A DNA stretch of 64,000 nucleotides. Origin: a virus (Duplodnaviria; Caudoviricetes). Below the pieces are notes generated by a model. The model was not told the DNA's origin and made no database searches. It saw only the letters and a program-made list of their open reading frames with translations. Positions 7,834 through 16,876 of this stretch are shown here, one piece after another (the stretch's first letter is position 1; the number at the start of each line of letters is the position of its first letter). A program made the translations under genes and the position numbers. Where the stretch lies: the IMG/VR virus record IMGVR_UViG_2708742418_000007, positions 1,077 to 65,076 of that record; one strand, given 5' to 3'.

Positions 7834-9795
7834 TCACGACACCCGCAGATTGCCTGCCAGCACGTAGTCGCGGATCACCTTGCCGATTTCGATATGCGCC
7901 CATGTGCTGTCATGAGCGGCATCAATCGCAGCAACAAACGTGATTTCGTAGGCATCGCCCACGGCTGGCGTTGCAGACCAGCCAGCATCGACGTTGATGG
8001 TGCCATCCGCTCGCGTATAAAAGACAACACCGGCCGCTGTGTTCGCAGCGGCTCCGGTCGTAAACCGGATGGAATAGCCCTTGTACAGGTCAGCCACCCA
8101 GCCAGCCTTGCTGCTGTCAATGAATTCATACTTGGCAGTGACACCCGTCAGAGTACCGGTAATGCTTGGCCGTCCGGCCGGCACGATGACATAGCCACCA
8201 TCCAATGTCTTGACATTGGAGGCATTGACCTCGACAGCACTGCATGTCTCGATCACGCCGGTCAGATCGAAATATCCGCTCTCCTGACGAAATCCGCTCG
8301 GTCCCGTATCGCGCAGCCATGCATTGATTTGCAGACGGGTGGCCTCGGTCGAGACTTTTGTCTGACCGGCTACAGTGGTCCATGCGTCGGTGGTGTTTGT
8401 CGACGGCGGCAGCGTCATCTGATGCCACTTGATGCCGCGCGGCGCATACCAGCTAACCGCCTTTAGCAGATTGGCCCGGAACGTCGCGAAGCCCAGCCCT
8501 TTGTCGTTGTTGCCGTAGTTGGAAATGATGTTGTTAGCCAACTCGGCAAGCCGGTTCCGGGTGCGATCGCGCACAGAGCTGGCGAGCGAATTGACGAAAT
8601 CATCCAGCTTTTCACCGCCGAGACCCATGGGGATATAGCCGCACAGCGGTGTCGTCTGGTCCTGCATTTTGAGGTCCAGCCGGTTCGTGATGCCACGAAC
8701 GATGAAGCCTCCCTCACCGTAGCCGACACCTCCATCTCCGGTGCCAGCCCCCTTGCTGTCCGCAACGATGGCAACAGACGCACACGGACGCTTGGGGCGG
8801 CCAAGAATTGTGAGCGGGGTATAGATGTTATTGGGCGATGCCGACACATCTAGCGTGGCGCCTGGGATAGTGCGGTCGCCGAGACTGGCGACCTCCCCGA
8901 CATCGCGGATACCTCCGCCCGATGCACGCCCTGCTGCGCCGCCGATCAGCCGCGTGCGAGCGCCAGCGGTCTGCTCGCGGATAATCGTTTTCGGCTGCCC
9001 GATTGCGGCAAGCCCCTCCTGGCACGCCTTGGCATAATTTGCCTGTACGCCAGTTGTCGCATTGCGCGATCCGATGCAAACGCGGTACGCAATGGCCCCG
9101 GGATAAGCCGCTGGCGACGTGACGGTGATGGAGCCGGTGCTAGCTCCAGCCGGGATAGTCGCCACCGATCCTGCCGACAGAAGGCTCTCGCTTCCGTCTG
9201 CAAAAATGTAGCAGACTGAAATCAGATAGCTGGCACCCGCCGCCAGCGCCCCACCCGTACCAGAGGCCGATACAGCAGGCGCATCCGGCGCTGGGGCGGC
9301 AAACGTGTCGCTGGCTGTTTTGGTATAGAACCGCTCTCCTTTGGAGAGAGGCAGGAAAACCGGGTCAGAAAAAAGCACGCAACCGGGATCGACACGTGCA
9401 CGCCGCGACCCGTTGAAAGCGACCGGCACCGTGTGGCCGTCATTGGCAGTCTCAGTGCTGCCAAGCTTGTCCATCGCAGCGGTCACATTGATGGGGCTAT
9501 AACCAGCCTCCATGATGCCGGGAGACGCCGTGCCGTAATTGGCATACACGAGGATGAAGTTGCTGCAGTCAACCGCAAGCGTGTGCTTCTTGCGATATGA
9601 TACCTGATTGAGCTGAGTGTTTTGCGGAGAGTTGTTGCTGCTGAGGGCAGTCCCTCCCGACGCGACAGGCTGATATCCAGCCTGTCGAAGCGCATCGAGT
9701 GAAGCCACCCCGCTGGCGGCCAGCGCCTCGACGATATCCGCAACTTCCGCAGCGTCATATTGAGCGTCTTCCGGATTTATTTCGATCTTTGCCAT
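7834..9795 (-). CDS. Tail spike/fibre-associated protein with SGNH esterase-like domain
   Basis: VADS, YGNND and DAAH SGNH blocks; start MAKIEINP at 9795. Confidence 0.7.
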   Translation of the reverse strand: MAKIEINPEDAQYDAAEVADIVEALAASGVASLDALRQAGYQPVASGGTALSSNNSPQNTQLNQVSYRKKHTLAVDCSNFILVYANYGTASPGIMEAGYSPINVTAAMDKLGSTETANDGHTVPVAFNGSRRARVDPGCVLFSDPVFLPLSKGERFYTKTASDTFAAPAPDAPAVSASGTGGALAAGASYLISVCYIFADGSESLLSAGSVATIPAGASTGSITVTSPAAYPGAIAYRVCIGSRNATTGVQANYAKACQEGLAAIGQPKTIIREQTAGARTRLIGGAAGRASGGGIRDVGEVASLGDRTIPGATLDVSASPNNIYTPLTILGRPKRPCASVAIVADSKGAGTGDGGVGYGEGGFIVRGITNRLDLKMQDQTTPLCGYIPMGLGGEKLDDFVNSLASSVRDRTRNRLAELANNIISNYGNNDKGLGFATFRANLLKAVSWYAPRGIKWHQMTLPPSTNTTDAWTTVAGQTKVSTEATRLQINAWLRDTGPSGFRQESGYFDLTGVIETCSAVEVNASNVKTLDGGYVIVPAGRPSITGTLTGVTAKYEFIDSSKAGWVADLYKGYSIRFTTGAAANTAAGVVFYTRADGTINVDAGWSATPAVGDAYEITFVAAIDAAHDSTWAHIEIGKVIRDYVLAGNLRVS

Positions 9796-9992
9796 TACGA
9801 TGCTGCCTTTGTGAAAACGATGTATTTGCCGGCAAAAGCCAGCGCGGATCCGGCAAAAGCCAGAGCGCCATTGGGGGCACCACCACCCTCGTCGAGGGTG
9901 AGGCCGGCAGCCCTGGACGTCGCGATGCCTCGCAGCAGCGGCCGATCCGCATACCCGATCAGCCGGGGAAGCTTGGTTTGAAGCCTGCTCAT
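9795..9992 (-). CDS. Hypothetical protein
   Basis: Overlapping stop/start coupling with both neighbours. Confidence 0.6.
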   Translation of the reverse strand: MSRLQTKLPRLIGYADRPLLRGIATSRAAGLTLDEGGGAPNGALAFAGSALAFAGKYIVFTKAAS

Positions 9993-10258
9993 ACGCTGCT
10001 CCAGGCCTTCGCCGAATTGCCGGCCGTGTTGCCGCGCACGTCGATCCGAACAAACGGGAACGGCGCATAGCGGCCAATGCGCTCATTGGCGCCAAGGCTG
10101 TCGATGACTTGCCAGACGGCACCAGCATCCACGCGGGCCAGCACATCAAAAACGGTCTGGTCCGCTCCACCGTCAACCTGCACAAAGAAAATCTCGGCCG
10201 GCGAAAAAGATGTGCCCTGTGCAGAGGCAGCGGTCGTATCCAAGCGAAGAGGCATCAA
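9989..10258 (-). CDS. Hypothetical protein
   Basis: AAAGGA RBS; coupled to the downstream gene. Confidence 0.65.
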   Translation of the reverse strand: MMPLRLDTTAASAQGTSFSPAEIFFVQVDGGADQTVFDVLARVDAGAVWQVIDSLGANERIGRYAPFPFVRIDVRGNTAGNSAKAWSSV

Positions 10259-10275
10259 AAGTCCTTTCCGGCGGC

Positions 10276-10827
10276 TCAGGCCTGCCAGTACCTGTCATCG
10301 GTGAAATCGGAGGGGATCGGGTCCAGATCCTTCAGCCTGCGCGCCAAAAATATCAGTCCCTGCTTGTGTCGCAGCGCCGCATAGCCGAGCTGCACCACGG
10401 TCTGCGCATCCATCGTGTGCAAACTATTGTCGGCGGCAATCCAGGCAAATTCAGAAGGCGCGGACGGATCGAGCAGCTGCTGCCAGGAGATGTCGCCGGC
10501 TGCAGCGCCCAGCGCGATGGCATCGGTCGCTGCCGACTTTGCGCCAGCGATATTTTCACGGTCTTCGGCGCGAGACTGGTAGACCACTCCGCCAAAAGCA
10601 AAGCCGGCGGCAATCCGCCGATCACGTTCTATGTCGACGGCCGCCGCCATCTGCTCTGCGGAAAGCTGCGGCAAAGCAAGACTTGGCGCACCGTCATTTC
10701 CAGGCACGATTTGCATGCCTTGCGCCTGACCAGACATGAGATCCGCATATCGATCATCCGACACCTGAATGGCGTCGCTTGGTGCATTATCCTGATAAAA
10801 GCCTTGGGTGCTCGGTGAGTACTTCAT
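10276..10827 (-). CDS. Tail fibre assembly protein (DUF4376-like)
   Basis: YSPSTQGFY N-terminus, WIAADNS, DFTDDRYW; follows the fibre gene. Confidence 0.8.
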   Translation of the reverse strand: MKYSPSTQGFYQDNAPSDAIQVSDDRYADLMSGQAQGMQIVPGNDGAPSLALPQLSAEQMAAAVDIERDRRIAAGFAFGGVVYQSRAEDRENIAGAKSAATDAIALGAAAGDISWQQLLDPSAPSEFAWIAADNSLHTMDAQTVVQLGYAALRHKQGLIFLARRLKDLDPIPSDFTDDRYWQA

Positions 10828-10828
10828 C

Positions 10829-11629
10829 TCAGCCCCTTGGTCCTACGGCGAGGTAGTTGAATGCAGCCGATATCAGCGCCATGGTGCTCCCGTTCCAGTT
10901 GATGCTCCTGAATGTGCCTGCCGTGGCCGATCGCGCGGCGACGGCGATGAATGTTGCGTTGGTGTTGCTCCAGGCCACGCCTCCGCTATCCACGGCCACC
11001 ACGCTCCAGGGGCCGCCAGACGCAAAAGCGGTGGGCCAGGTGATTGTCGCGGTGCCTGCCGTCGTCACCCCTGAGCCCCACTGGAGCACCACACCGCCCC
11101 CAAGATCGATGTAGCCGCTGCCCGATGCCACTGCGGGAACCGATCGCGCCTCCATCAGCCGAAACACGGCGCCGTCATAAATAAAGGTGTTGATGCCGGC
11201 GCGAATGTCGCCTGGTAATAGATCCGCCGACCCATCCACGCGGCGGATGGCAATGGCACCGAGCCCGTTGACCGTGAGCGTCGCGGCTCCCGTGTTTTCA
11301 GCGGGCGACTTTACGCGCAACGGCACGCCCACGAGATCGGAGAGTGCTGCGAACGCCGGTAGTGGCGTGATCGTCAACGCATTGGCCGTGCCGGCGCCCA
11401 CGAAGTAATTCAGCTTCTGGCCGCGCACCGATCGCACCAGCTGCTGCCATGTCGCGCTGTCTGCCGCCAGGCCGGAGGCCTCGATCACGGCCATGATCTC
11501 TTCCTGAAGACTATTCAGGAAGGCGGCGGTCACCTCGGTGCCAGACTGGCCGGCCACCAGGTTCTCATCGCGAAAGCCGCGCCGGCCGGAGCCGATGTCA
11601 ATCGTGTCGGCACCATTGATGCGATCCAT
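10829..11629 (-). CDS. Tail fibre protein
   Basis: MDRING..FLNSLQEEI Mu-type anchor; GYIDLGGGVVLQWG and YLAVG C-terminal domain. Confidence 0.85.
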   Translation of the reverse strand: MDRINGADTIDIGSGRRGFRDENLVAGQSGTEVTAAFLNSLQEEIMAVIEASGLAADSATWQQLVRSVRGQKLNYFVGAGTANALTITPLPAFAALSDLVGVPLRVKSPAENTGAATLTVNGLGAIAIRRVDGSADLLPGDIRAGINTFIYDGAVFRLMEARSVPAVASGSGYIDLGGGVVLQWGSGVTTAGTATITWPTAFASGGPWSVVAVDSGGVAWSNTNATFIAVAARSATAGTFRSINWNGSTMALISAAFNYLAVGPRG

Positions 11630-12225
11630 CAGGCCTCTCCATAGCTGAAAACGATGTGGGTATGGGCGGGCTTCAGGCGTCGCAGCTCGCACTCGATCGA
11701 GGACAGCTCGAAGGAACCCAGGCGCTGCCCGGCCCGACTGATGCCGGCCCGAAAATTGATGACCGTGACGAGGCCAGGAATATTGACGCGCCACACGAAC
11801 TGGCAGCCCTCGGGGCGCAGTCGCTGCCCGGCCCGCAACCCCCCGGCGCGGCTCGGCCAGAACTCGTCGATGGTGATCTCGACGCCCAGCGCCCGCGCGA
11901 TCGAGATGAAAAATGGGATGCTCTGTCCGCCCCGAGCTGTCCACCGCTGATGCGCCAACTTGCGCCTCTGCTCCACGGTCAGCGCCGCCCGGTCGCGCCC
12001 GCACGGGTCGGGACCGAGGCAGCGCTCGAAATCAGCCAGCAGCTTGTCGGCCGAGCGCGGATCTGTCTCGGTCATCAGCGCTTCTGCGCCCGCCTCGGCA
12101 TCGGCCAGCGCCGTGGCCACGCCCTGCAGGTGCGCGTCAAGCACTCCGTCACGGCGGCCGAGCGCAAAGCCCGTTGCAAGCTTTCCAATCAGGCTTTTAA
12201 GGATTGTGGAGACGGGTCTTGCCAT
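11629..12225 (-). CDS. Baseplate protein Mu gp48 (DUF2313/YmfQ)
   Basis: LADFERCLG, GGQS, RLKPAHT. Confidence 0.88.
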   Translation of the reverse strand: MARPVSTILKSLIGKLATGFALGRRDGVLDAHLQGVATALADAEAGAEALMTETDPRSADKLLADFERCLGPDPCGRDRAALTVEQRRKLAHQRWTARGGQSIPFFISIARALGVEITIDEFWPSRAGGLRAGQRLRPEGCQFVWRVNIPGLVTVINFRAGISRAGQRLGSFELSSIECELRRLKPAHTHIVFSYGEA

Positions 12226-12235
12226 CGTCGCGACC

Positions 12236-13375
12236 TCAATCCAGCCAGGTGATAGGCCCCGCGACGGGGCATTGAGACGAGGTGAGCGTGTAGCGCGCCG
12301 CCGGCACCGTCAGATCGTGGGCATACTCGCCGCTGGCGGCAGAGATTGCTTCCGAGATCCGCGAAGGCTCGATCGTCGCGCCAATCGGGCTGTCATTCTG
12401 CTCGTCATCCTCATCGCCGATCGTCAGCACGAAACGCTGATAGGCTGCCGTTACCGCCGCGCGCGTGGCGGCCGTGTCCGGCCTCAGACGTACAGAGATC
12501 GGGACCGTAACCAGAGAGCCTGCGACAGGCACCACGCGGGCCGTCACCGGCCGAACGCCGGTCTGGCTCCCCTGAATGCCCAGATGCGCGCTGATCGCAT
12601 CGATCTCCTCGGTCGTGGCCACGCGCGGCGCGCTGTTATCATCCTTCATGACGATCACAACGCCGACCGATCCACGTCCGATCCAGTCTTCAACGACGCC
12701 GACCGCATAGACGTTCGCCACCTCGGCCACCCAATCACGGTAATCGGATGCGGCGCCGCCCATGGCTGGCGTTCGGATGCGGGTCAGATAGGCCGCCTTG
12801 ATTTCCTCGGGCGTCTGCGCATCCGCGCCGCCGGAAAAGGCCGTGGCGACGGTGACGCGCGTGATCGCGACCGAGGCCTCCACTGTCGTCAGCAGCACAC
12901 CCGATGCCAGATTGCCGGCGCTGCCGGCTGTCACGGCCTCGGCCGCCACCGTCAGCGTGCCGCCGATCGCGATGGTGCCGCCAGCCTTGGTGACATAGGT
13001 CTGGCCGGACCCGGCAGACAGCAAGATGTCGGACGGCAGCACAGTGCCCGCAGCACCTTCGATCAAAACGGACCCGACCGCCTTCAGCGCGCCGCGCTGA
13101 TCCACGCCCCAGATGCCCGCATGCCGCAGGATTATCGCCTCGTCATCTGCGCTATCCGGCATGTATTGCCGCCCCCACCACGCCTGATGGTCGTGGATGC
13201 TGCGGATTTCGCTGGCAATTGGCGCAAGCAGGTTGGAGATCACGCCCTGGGCCGATCGAACGGCAAGCGAGATCTTTGACGCCTCGATATCCGGTCGAAG
13301 CGCGATTAGCCGCTGCTCCAGGGAGGCGGCCATGCGCGCAAAGATCGTCCTGGCTGTCGGGATTGACCAAGGCAT
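12236..13375 (-). CDS. Baseplate J / Mu gp47
   Basis: GGADAQT, GGAASDYRDW, GRGSVGV, RPVTA. Confidence 0.92.
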   Translation of the reverse strand: MPWSIPTARTIFARMAASLEQRLIALRPDIEASKISLAVRSAQGVISNLLAPIASEIRSIHDHQAWWGRQYMPDSADDEAIILRHAGIWGVDQRGALKAVGSVLIEGAAGTVLPSDILLSAGSGQTYVTKAGGTIAIGGTLTVAAEAVTAGSAGNLASGVLLTTVEASVAITRVTVATAFSGGADAQTPEEIKAAYLTRIRTPAMGGAASDYRDWVAEVANVYAVGVVEDWIGRGSVGVVIVMKDDNSAPRVATTEEIDAISAHLGIQGSQTGVRPVTARVVPVAGSLVTVPISVRLRPDTAATRAAVTAAYQRFVLTIGDEDDEQNDSPIGATIEPSRISEAISAASGEYAHDLTVPAARYTLTSSQCPVAGPITWLD

Positions 13376-13836
13376 CAGGCGTCCACCCGCTTTGACAGCG
13401 TCACGGCCGCATCCTGCACCTCAACCCGGAATGCCAGCAGGCCCGGCCGCTCCCACCACACCTCGATTTTGGCAGCCTGTCCGGTCTCACCTTCCGCCCA
13501 GCCGAGTGCCTCCGCCAGCCAGTATTCGCACAGCTGGCGCGTCGCCTCGGTCTGCTTGGCGCGGTCCAGCAGCCAGAGCCGGCTGCCGGCCTTGGCAAAC
13601 CCGGCATTCAGCGCATCAATGATGGCGCCCCGCCGCTCTGAAAAGCTGGCGGGGCTCAGGAACTGGGATCGTCCTTCGGGCAGGTCGTCATCCGGATCCG
13701 CGCGCCGATCGAGGCCGATTGACACCAGCATGGCCGGCACGGGCGTCGTGTCGAGCACCAGATCGCCATCGTCGCCAAGCGCGAGATCGCACTGGCGGGA
13801 TGTCGTGTCAAAGGTGAGGCCAAGATCCAGAAACAT
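13375..13836 (-). CDS. Mu gp46 baseplate protein
   Basis: DRRADPDD, GSRLWLLDRAK, EALGW. Confidence 0.9.
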   Translation of the reverse strand: MFLDLGLTFDTTSRQCDLALGDDGDLVLDTTPVPAMLVSIGLDRRADPDDDLPEGRSQFLSPASFSERRGAIIDALNAGFAKAGSRLWLLDRAKQTEATRQLCEYWLAEALGWAEGETGQAAKIEVWWERPGLLAFRVEVQDAAVTLSKRVDA

Positions 13837-13844
13837 GGCGGCGA

Positions 13845-13910
13845 AGCTATCGCGCGCGCGCGTCATAGATCATGCCCAGCAGCATGGGCATGCCCGCATG
13901 GGAGGGCAGC
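13845..13910 (-). promoter_or_regulatory. Late promoter with activator boxes
   Basis: CATGCCC-agcagcat-GGGCATG (13871-13892), an overlapping second box (13889-13910), 20-nt spacer to ATAGCT. Confidence 0.7.
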
Positions 13911-13922
13911 AAGAAGTGAAGA

Positions 13923-14441
13923 TCATGGATCAGGCGGGGCGGTGTGGTCACCGCCTGAAATGACGCCGCCATGGGTGTGCGTCTTGTCCGTGGGCACGCC
14001 ATCGTGCCAGATGCCGCCACCAGAAAAGTGGAACCCGTCGGCGTCGATCGTCAGGGAGCAGCCGCCGACCGCCAGAGAGATCGACGAGGCAGCCTTCACC
14101 TCGATCCCTCCGCCCGGCAGCACCAGCACGCGGTCGCCAAAGGCATTTGCGATCCCGACGGCGCCCTCCGGCGCGCCGCCGACGCGGGCCGATGGATTGC
14201 CGAGCGGCAGCAGCACCATGTCGCCCTCATCGCCACCAATCGACAGCGCAAGCCCGATCGCGCCATCGGCTGGCGGATTGCCGAGCAGGCCAAAAGGCTG
14301 CCACACCTCGACACCCTCGCGCAGGATGCCGTCAGCAACCTCCACGGTCGCCTTCTGCATCTCGCCACCGTCATCGACGGAGCGCACCACGACGCGGCGC
14401 ACCAGGGACCGGATCTGGTCGTAGATTTCCTTGCCGCTCAT
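13923..14441 (-). CDS. Baseplate spike / Mu gp45
   Basis: QPFG motif and C-terminal HTHGGV metal-binding tip. Confidence 0.9.
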   Translation of the reverse strand: MSGKEIYDQIRSLVRRVVVRSVDDGGEMQKATVEVADGILREGVEVWQPFGLLGNPPADGAIGLALSIGGDEGDMVLLPLGNPSARVGGAPEGAVGIANAFGDRVLVLPGGGIEVKAASSISLAVGGCSLTIDADGFHFSGGGIWHDGVPTDKTHTHGGVISGGDHTAPPDP

Positions 14442-15622
14442 AGGGCCTCCGCCGTGCCGTCCAGCGCGCCTGTCTTGGCCTTTCGGTTCTTGCGTCGATT
14501 GCCGACGGGCTCGGCATCAAAAGCCTCTGGCGAGCAAAGCGTGATCTCGGTCGTGGCGCCGCGCTGCTCGTCTTCGCTGTAGGCCACCCGCGAGATCAGC
14601 AATTCGCGATCAATGTCCACATAGGCGATGGCGCAATCTGCCAACTGATTGACGGTCCACACGGCGCCATCCACCGTATGGCCGCGCACCGTCACGGTAA
14701 ACTCTTCGGCGGCGGCCCTGGCCGTGCGGCTGCGCCAGTCTGCCTCCGTCTGCGCCGCCTTGGCGTCGGCCTTGGAGCGCGCCAGGTGCACAATCGGGCG
14801 ATAGCGGCTGATTTCGTCGTCGGTCGCCCGACCGGTGGCGGTCACGCCACGGCGCTCGCGCTCGGTCGCCGATCCATCGCCTGATGATCGGCTGCCGGCA
14901 TCGATGGGCTCTGCCGTGGTGTCCAGTCTTGCCGCGCCGCGCTTGGATGCCGCGCCTTCGGCCTGGCCGCGCACTACGGTCTGGCTATGCCGTGCGGCAT
15001 GCGTGAAGACGCCGCGCGCAGCCAGCACATTGCCCGGCTGACGGATCGGCGCCGGCGCGCGCGTCTTGCCGGTGCGCGTCACAACGATGCCGCCGACACC
15101 GTCTGACACGACGAGCAGTTGCCGCGCGCGCGCTCCCTTTTCAATCGCGGAAAACGCCGTTTCCGCAAGATCGATGGCATAACGCGGGAAGGGATCGCCG
15201 GTGTCCACCTCGGTCCGCACGCCGATCCCGTAGGGCCTGACGATGCGGGCGGCCGCCTCCTCAAATGACACATCCCTGAACTCGGCGGCATCCAGCATTG
15301 CGGCGCAGTCGATCAGGTCACCGGTCACGTCGCGGCCGGCGATCCGCACACTGGCGCGGCCGTCCTCTATCTCAGGCTCCACCGTTTCTATGTAGCCCTT
15401 CAGGATGGGCAGACGCCCGATGCGGATCACGACGGCTGGGCCAGGCTTGAGCTTGAGCAATGGTCCAAAACTGGCATAGGGCAGCGCCTGACCAGAGCGT
15501 CGCCGGTCGCGAAAGGTGAAGTCGAAAGAGCCGCAGAAGTCCTTCAGATCCCGCGTCACTGTCGCTGCCGTCCATTGGTCAACCCTTTGGCCGTCAATCT
15601 CCAGGCTGATGCTCTTGCCCAT
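14438..15622 (-). CDS. Baseplate hub, Mu gpP (gp44)
   Basis: GRDVTGDLIDC, RYRP, WTVN motifs; position. Confidence 0.9.
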   Translation of the reverse strand: MGKSISLEIDGQRVDQWTAATVTRDLKDFCGSFDFTFRDRRRSGQALPYASFGPLLKLKPGPAVVIRIGRLPILKGYIETVEPEIEDGRASVRIAGRDVTGDLIDCAAMLDAAEFRDVSFEEAAARIVRPYGIGVRTEVDTGDPFPRYAIDLAETAFSAIEKGARARQLLVVSDGVGGIVVTRTGKTRAPAPIRQPGNVLAARGVFTHAARHSQTVVRGQAEGAASKRGAARLDTTAEPIDAGSRSSGDGSATERERRGVTATGRATDDEISRYRPIVHLARSKADAKAAQTEADWRSRTARAAAEEFTVTVRGHTVDGAVWTVNQLADCAIAYVDIDRELLISRVAYSEDEQRGATTEITLCSPEAFDAEPVGNRRKNRKAKTGALDGTAEAL

Positions 15623-16875
15623 CAGATAAGCTCCCTGACCTCGATCAGACCGGGGTCGATCGCCGACGGCATCGGCGGTCGGTTGCGGCTGACAATATCG
15701 GCATAGACCTCCTCGATCCGCGACGGGTCATCGCCGGCCACATGCACCGCCAGTTGCCATGCGTCGAGCGAGGTGGCTGGGCGGAAGGTCAGGATGGCGG
15801 GCAGGCGGCCGATCACCTCGTTCAGATCCGAAACGATCTCGGCCGACAGCGCCTGTGCGGCGCGGATCAAATCCGATGTCTCGGCCTGATAACTGTCGAC
15901 GGCGATGACCTCCAGCGCATCCACCAGATCGGACAACAGGCCCGTGAACCGGCCACGATAGGCAATGGCTTCCTGGGCGGATGTGTAGTCGGCATAGGGG
16001 GCCTGCTCAGCCGAGGCCGCCAGAAAATGCGCAGCGATGGCGAGCAGCAGCACGCGATCCACCGGAGACGGCGCATCCACGATCTCGGCGATCACGCTCG
16101 CGGCGAGGTCGAGGCCGATCGTCATCAGCGCCTGCGCACTGGCGCTGGCGCCTGCCGTCTGGCTGGCGCTGCCAACGGCCGGCGTCTCGGTTACGGTCTG
16201 GATCGTCGCCACGGCCCCCAGCGTCCAGGCGTCAAGAGATGCTGGCGTGCCGGGTGTCGTCGCGGCAAGCGCGGTGCGGATCTCCGGCACGGCTGCGGCC
16301 GAGTCTGCCGGCGACTGGACACTGTCTGCCGCGCGCCGCACGATCCGGATGGTCCGCCGGACGGCTGCGATCGCCACGGCAGATGTAACGAGATCCGCCA
16401 CCGCAACCGTCAGCGCCGTCGCTGTCGCAATCGCCGAGGAGATCGCCAGCACCAGGCGCGAGGCACCCGAGAAAAGCGAGGACAGGCCAAGTCCCGTCAA
16501 CACCCGCTTGAAGCGGGCGCTGATGCGCACCATGCGCAGCTCGCGCGAGGAGAAGCGGATCTGCGCCGGCTCTTCCAGGATCACGTTGATCGGCCCGAGC
16601 CACGGGTGGATGAGAAGCCCCGTTCCAGGCGTTTCGAACACCGTTTGAAAGGCCTTTGCGCGCAGCCGGTAATCATCGGAAATCACCAGCGCTTCGATCG
16701 TGATGATCGAGGCAGACAGGCCGAAATCGTCATAGCCGGGCGCATCAACGCCGGGAAACAGATATTCCAGCACGCGCCGGCCGTGGTCGGACGTGGCATC
16801 AAGCACATGGAACGGCAGGCCGCGATAAAGTCCCGGCAGGCAGCCGGGCAACGCGTCGAGATCGTCGATCGCCAT
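15622..16875 (-). CDS. DNA circularization protein, Mu gpN
   Basis: YRGLPFHV, GRR, GLLIHPWLG. Confidence 0.9.
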   Translation of the reverse strand: MAIDDLDALPGCLPGLYRGLPFHVLDATSDHGRRVLEYLFPGVDAPGYDDFGLSASIITIEALVISDDYRLRAKAFQTVFETPGTGLLIHPWLGPINVILEEPAQIRFSSRELRMVRISARFKRVLTGLGLSSLFSGASRLVLAISSAIATATALTVAVADLVTSAVAIAAVRRTIRIVRRAADSVQSPADSAAAVPEIRTALAATTPGTPASLDAWTLGAVATIQTVTETPAVGSASQTAGASASAQALMTIGLDLAASVIAEIVDAPSPVDRVLLLAIAAHFLAASAEQAPYADYTSAQEAIAYRGRFTGLLSDLVDALEVIAVDSYQAETSDLIRAAQALSAEIVSDLNEVIGRLPAILTFRPATSLDAWQLAVHVAGDDPSRIEEVYADIVSRNRPPMPSAIDPGLIEVRELI

Positions 16876-16876
16876 A

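Noticed and set aside
9829-9868. Direct repeat CCGGCAAAAGCCAG
   Set aside because: Explained by the coding repeat ALAFAG; not a recombination site
7834-10185. 783-aa version of the spike ORF and similar N-terminal extensions (10829..12004, 6727..7764, 26912..28141)
   Set aside because: The extensions overlap other coupled genes or non-coding signals; downstream starts have RBSs or coupling and family-like N-termini
13851-13862. (CG)n runs as microsatellites (also 19068-19079)
   Set aside because: They form the fixed-length spacer of the late promoters
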